Assembly: GCA_028699255.1 (NCBI GenBank)
Contig: JAQVUX010000002.1
Span: 173,875-237,874, forward strand
DNA: 64,000 bases
Source: Candidatus Omnitrophota bacterium
GTDB taxonomy: Bacteria > Omnitrophota > Gorgyraeia > 2-01-FULL-45-10
Direction of reading: 5' to 3'
Shown: one piece after another, positions 60,826 to 64,000 of the stretch
Layout of the letters: each line of letters begins with the position of its first letter
Position numbering within the stretch: the stretch's first letter is position 1
The notes under the pieces: model-generated
Database searches by the model: none
What the model saw: the letters and a program-made list of their open reading frames with translations, nothing else
Told to the model about the DNA's origin: nothing
Made by a program: the position numbers and the translations under genes

Positions 60826-60990
60826 CCTCATGAGGAAGGCCCGCAGGGATTCGTGCCGAGCGGGGCGTAAAAGTTCGAGCAGATGCGAGAACTTTTCTCG
60901 CAGTGAAATTTTACATGGCTAAAATTTCGCGTCCCGTGAGGCACAATCCCGAAAGGGCCTTCCTCTCGGGCATGAAAAATTTCCGAACGA
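60826..60990. repeat. structured palindromic repeat, copy B (inverted relative to copy A at 13740-13900)
   Basis: Terminal IR GAGGAAGGCCC (60833) / GGGCCTTCCTC (60957); the reverse complement aligns with 13740-13900 at about 85-90% identity, including the GCGAAA(A)TTTT...AAAATTT(T)CGC internal hairpin. Confidence 0.75.
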
Positions 60991-60998
60991 AAATTCCC

Positions 60999-61027
60999 TT
61001 GACATAGCGGCCTTAGTATAGTATAAA
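60999..61027 (+). promoter_or_regulatory. near-consensus sigma-70 promoter TTGACA-17 nt-TATAAA upstream of rimP-nusA-infB
   Basis: TTGACA at 60999-61004, a 17-nt spacer, and TATAAA at 61022-61027. Confidence 0.55.
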
Positions 61028-61055
61028 TATTTATACTTTCTTTTAAGGAGGGAAA

Positions 61056-61086
61056 GTGGGTTTATTGAATTGAACCCGCTTTTTTT
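61056..61086 (+). terminator. intrinsic terminator/attenuator hairpin in the rimP leader (GUGGGUU-uauugaauug-AACCCGC followed by U7)
   Basis: A 7-bp GC-rich stem (one G-U pair) followed by TTTTTTT, ~30 nt downstream of the predicted -10 and 35 nt upstream of the rimP ATG. Confidence 0.5.
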
Positions 61087-61120
61087 ATTGTCTTTTTAAG
61101 CACACATACTATGGATATAT

Positions 61121-61573
61121 ATGGAAATAGTCGATCGCGTTAACTCATTGATTAAAGGTTATTTAGAAGAAAACGGCATCGAACTTGTCGAGACGACATA
61201 TCGTCGCGAGCAAGGCGGGATGGTTTTACGCCTATTAGTCGATACGCCGGAGGGCATAACGATAGACGAATGCGAGCGGTTAAATAACTATTTAAGCGAA
61301 CTTATTGATAAAGAAGGAGTAATCGACGAACATTTTCTCCTGGAGGTCGCTTCTCCCGGACTCGACAGGGCGCTCGTTACCGATAGGGATTTTGCGTGGG
61401 TTATGGGCAAGGCGCTTGAGGTAAGCATGTATGAACCGGTGGATGGCAAGAGGGAGCACGAGGGTAAGCTTATGGGCATGGACAAGGATAGTATTGTTGT
61501 AGAAAATGACGGAATTAGCGTAGTGATTCCGAGAGCTAAGATAGCTAAAGCGAAACTGAAGATAGATTTTTAG
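61121..61573 (+). CDS. rimP: ribosome maturation factor RimP
   Basis: 150 aa; LEVASPGLDRAL motif; located upstream of nusA. Confidence 0.85.
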   Translation: MEIVDRVNSLIKGYLEENGIELVETTYRREQGGMVLRLLVDTPEGITIDECERLNNYLSELIDKEGVIDEHFLLEVASPGLDRALVTDRDFAWVMGKALEVSMYEPVDGKREHEGKLMGMDKDSIVVENDGISVVIPRAKIAKAKLKIDF

Positions 61574-61593
61574 CACACAGGAAGGTGGATACG

Positions 61594-62823
61594 ATGAACG
61601 AAGAACTACTGACGGTATTGGAGCACATAGAGCGCGAGAAGGGGATCGAGAAAGAGTTTCTCTTCAAGGCGATAGAGTCTGCCCTTACGAGCGCGGCAAG
61701 GAAGATAATCGGCAATAAAGAGGCGGAAGTTGTCGCGACGATCGACAGGGCGACCGGAGCGATAAAGATATTGAGCGAAGGTAAGGAGATAAACTCCGAC
61801 GAATTCGGCCGTATCGCCGCCCAGACCGCGAAGCAGGTAATAATACAGAAGATACGCGAGGCGGAGCGCGACATAGTATTCGAAGATTACACCAAGAGGG
61901 TTGGCACCATCACGAGCGGATCTGTGCACAGGTTTGAAAAGGGCGATATTATTATCGATCTTGGCAAGACGGAAGGTATCCTGTCGAAGTCACAGCAATG
62001 CCCGAAAGATCGCTACAAACAGGGCGACAGGGTAAGGGTGCTCATCCAGGAGGTTACGAAGACTTCCCATGGTCCGCAGATCATCCTTTCCAGGGCGGAT
62101 CCTATGTTTGTAAAGAAACTCTTTGAAATAGAAGTTCCGGAAATAACCGAAAGCATAGTAGAGGTCAAGGCTATATCCAGGGAGCCGGGCGAGAGGACCA
62201 AGATAGCCGTATGGTCGAAGGATGATAAAGTTGATGCCGTCGGCGCATGTGTCGGTATGAGGGGCTCGCGCGTTAAGGATATCGTCCGCGAACTGCAGGG
62301 CGAGCGTGTCGATATAGTCCGATGGAGCGATGACCTTAAAGAATATATAAAGGCGTCCATGAGCCCAACCGAGATATCGGAGATAAAGATAGACAAGACG
62401 ACGAAGAAGATAGAGATAGTCGTACCCGACGATCAGCTCTCCATAGGTATCGGTAAGCACGGGCAGAATATACGGCTCGCGTCCCGTCTTGTGGGATGGG
62501 AGATGGATATAAGGGGCAAGGAAGAAAAGAAGAAAGAGGTTGAAGAAGTTAAGGCGAAAGTTCTCGCCGAAAAAGAAGCCGCCGGAGAAGCCGCGATGGA
62601 AGAAGTGATTACTGCGGAAGAAGCCGCGCCGGTATCGGCGGAGAGCGAAAAAAAGCTTACGGAACTGGAGGGCGTGGGCCCGAAAGTCGAGAAACTGTTA
62701 AGGGCCGCCGGTTATGATACGGTCGACAAAGTCAAAATGCTAACAGCTGAGGATTTAACGAAGCTGGAAGGCATAGGTCTTAAGACGGCGGAAAAAATAC
62801 TGAGGTCCGCGAAAGAGAGATAG
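61594..62823 (+). CDS. nusA: transcription termination/antitermination factor NusA
   Basis: S1 and KH domains ([18 protein letters not shown]) and C-terminal acidic repeats. ATG 61594 is preferred over GTG 61585 on RBS spacing (GGAAGGTGG). Confidence 0.9.
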   Translation: MNEELLTVLEHIEREKGIEKEFLFKAIESALTSAARKIIGNKEAEVVATIDRATGAIKILSEGKEINSDEFGRIAAQTAKQVIIQKIREAERDIVFEDYTKRVGTITSGSVHRFEKGDIIIDLGKTEGILSKSQQCPKDRYKQGDRVRVLIQEVTKTSHGPQIILSRADPMFVKKLFEIEVPEITESIVEVKAISREPGERTKIAVWSKDDKVDAVGACVGMRGSRVKDIVRELQGERVDIVRWSDDLKEYIKASMSPTEISEIKIDKTTKKIEIVVPDDQLSIGIGKHGQNIRLASRLVGWEMDIRGKEEKKKEVEEVKAKVLAEKEAAGEAAMEEVITAEEAAPVSAESEKKLTELEGVGPKVEKLLRAAGYDTVDKVKMLTAEDLTKLEGIGLKTAEKILRSAKER

Positions 62824-62834
62824 AGCCCAAGCTT

Positions 62835-64000
62835 ATGATAAAAAAACCTAAGACGAAGAGCGTTAAACCGAAGAAGGATATCGCGAAGTCCGCAGTTTCC
62901 GAAAAAGCTAAGGCGAAGAAGCCGGCCGCGAAGACTGTTTCCTCAAAGAAGAAGCCGGTCGTTAAAAAGAGTGTTGTGCCTGTCGAAAAACCGATCGATC
63001 CGATCATTGTGAAGAAGGCCGAACCGGCGGCGGTGAAACCTGTTGTGACGGCGAAACCCGTTGCGGCGGCGAAGCCTATTCTGTCGCCAAAACCCGTTGT
63101 GCCTGTGAAGCCGGCGGCAGTAGTAAAGCCCGTCGAGACGGTGAAGCCGGCTGTGTCGGTAAAGCCGGCCGTTAAGATCGAGGAGAAAATTGCGCAACCA
63201 GTCGCTAAAGTTCCTGAGATCAAAAAACCGGATGAGAAAATAGAAGCCGTAATAGCGAAAACCGCAGAACCTGTAAAACTTCCCGAAGAACCCAAGAAGC
63301 GAATTTTAGAGATAGAGCCCCCGATATCATTAAAAGATCTTGCCGCGAAGATAGGCGTCAAGCCTAATGAATTGATCGTGAATCTCATGGCTAAAAATAT
63401 ATTCGCCACCATAAATCAATCCCTTGGCGAAGAGATGCTAAAGGATGTGTTGCGGGGATACGATATTGAATTAAAAAGGCCGGCGAAGTTAGAAGACCAG
63501 GTTGTAAAAGAGCACAGGGAGCTCGAGGAGAAACAGGATATCAAACATCTCGCGTTGCGCTCCCCGGTAGTTACTTTTATGGGGCATGTCGACCATGGAA
63601 AGACGTCGCTTCTCGATTTTATACGAAAAACGCATGTCGCCGATAAAGAAAAAGGCGGCATAACACAGCATATAGGCGCTTACGAAGTAAAGGTTAAAAA
63701 TGGGTCGGTTACATTTCTGGATACGCCGGGTCACGAGGCTTTTACCGCGATGCGCGCCAGGGGCGCAAACGCGACCGATATAGTGGTGCTCGTAGTCGCA
63801 GCGGACGACGGTGTCATGCCCCAGACAAAGGAGGCTCTGGATCATGCCAGGGCCGCTGGCGTACAGATAGTCGTAGCCATTAATAAGTGCGATCTTCCCG
63901 GCGCTAATGTCGAAAAAATAAAAGGACAGCTCGCCCAACTCGGACTTACCCCTGAAGACTGGGGCGGCAAAACGATAACGATGCCGGTTTCGGCGAAAAC
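62835..64000 (+). CDS. infB: translation initiation factor IF-2 (5' partial; continues beyond the window)
   Basis: Lys/Pro/Val-rich N-terminal low-complexity region, then the G-domain ([24 protein letters not shown]); no stop codon before the window end. Confidence 0.9.
   Translation, partial: MIKKPKTKSVKPKKDIAKSAVSEKAKAKKPAAKTVSSKKKPVVKKSVVPVEKPIDPIIVKKAEPAAVKPVVTAKPVAAAKPILSPKPVVPVKPAAVVKPVETVKPAVSVKPAVKIEEKIAQPVAKVPEIKKPDEKIEAVIAKTAEPVKLPEEPKKRILEIEPPISLKDLAAKIGVKPNELIVNLMAKNIFATINQSLGEEMLKDVLRGYDIELKRPAKLEDQVVKEHRELEEKQDIKHLALRSPVVTFMGHVDHGKTSLLDFIRKTHVADKEKGGITQHIGAYEVKVKNGSVTFLDTPGHEAFTAMRARGANATDIVVLVVAADDGVMPQTKEALDHARAAGVQIVVAINKCDLPGANVEKIKGQLAQLGLTPEDWGGKTITMPVSAK

Noticed and set aside
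62780-63412. 210-aa minus-strand ORF rich in Gly/Phe/Thr
   Set aside because: Antisense to the low-complexity Lys/Pro/Val-rich N-terminus of infB, which is a reading-frame artefact of the repeat.

Overview
This 64 kb window appears to carry every supported gene on the + strand; the long minus-strand ORFs look like antisense shadows of plus-strand genes. It looks like a chromosomal segment of an anaerobic, LPS-bearing (diderm) bacterium that uses the Wood-Ljungdahl pathway. From 5' to 3' it contains: (i) housekeeping genes coaE-rho-rpmE-prfA-prmC-murA-rpsP-trmD-rplS-rnhB; (ii) an all-in-one Wood-Ljungdahl cluster, fhs-fchA-folD-metF-acsB ... acsC-acsV(RACo)-cooC-acsD-acsE. The cluster is interrupted between acsB and acsC by a structured repeat plus three small membrane/secreted genes, and no CODH catalytic subunit (acsA/cooS) is present in the window; (iii) panB-panE and a second pterin-binding methyltransferase paralog; (iv) an LPS inner-core/Kdo/lipid A block: a GT4-GT9 fusion, a GT4, a polysaccharide deacetylase, three GT9 heptosyltransferases, a heptose-7-P kinase, kdsB-kdsA-kdsD-kdsC, an lpxL-family acyltransferase, an LptC/LptA-like gene and lptB; (v) tig-clpP, a serC-like aminotransferase, serA, a LeuA/NifV-family synthase, purA and an OmpA-family lipoprotein; (vi) uppS-cdsA-dxr-rseP-ispG-proS and then rimP-nusA-infB (infB runs off the 3' edge). 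The single most unusual object is a 1502-aa orphan ORF (56243-60751) sitting between proS and rimP. It has an N-terminal signal-peptide-like segment and two helix-turn-helix modules (XRE-type and sigma-70 region-4-like), and it is flanked by two different palindromic repeat families. Each repeat family has a second copy elsewhere in the window. No tRNA, rRNA, CRISPR array, transposase or integrase gene was found. All calls are from reading the translated ORFs and the raw sequence only; no database search was possible.
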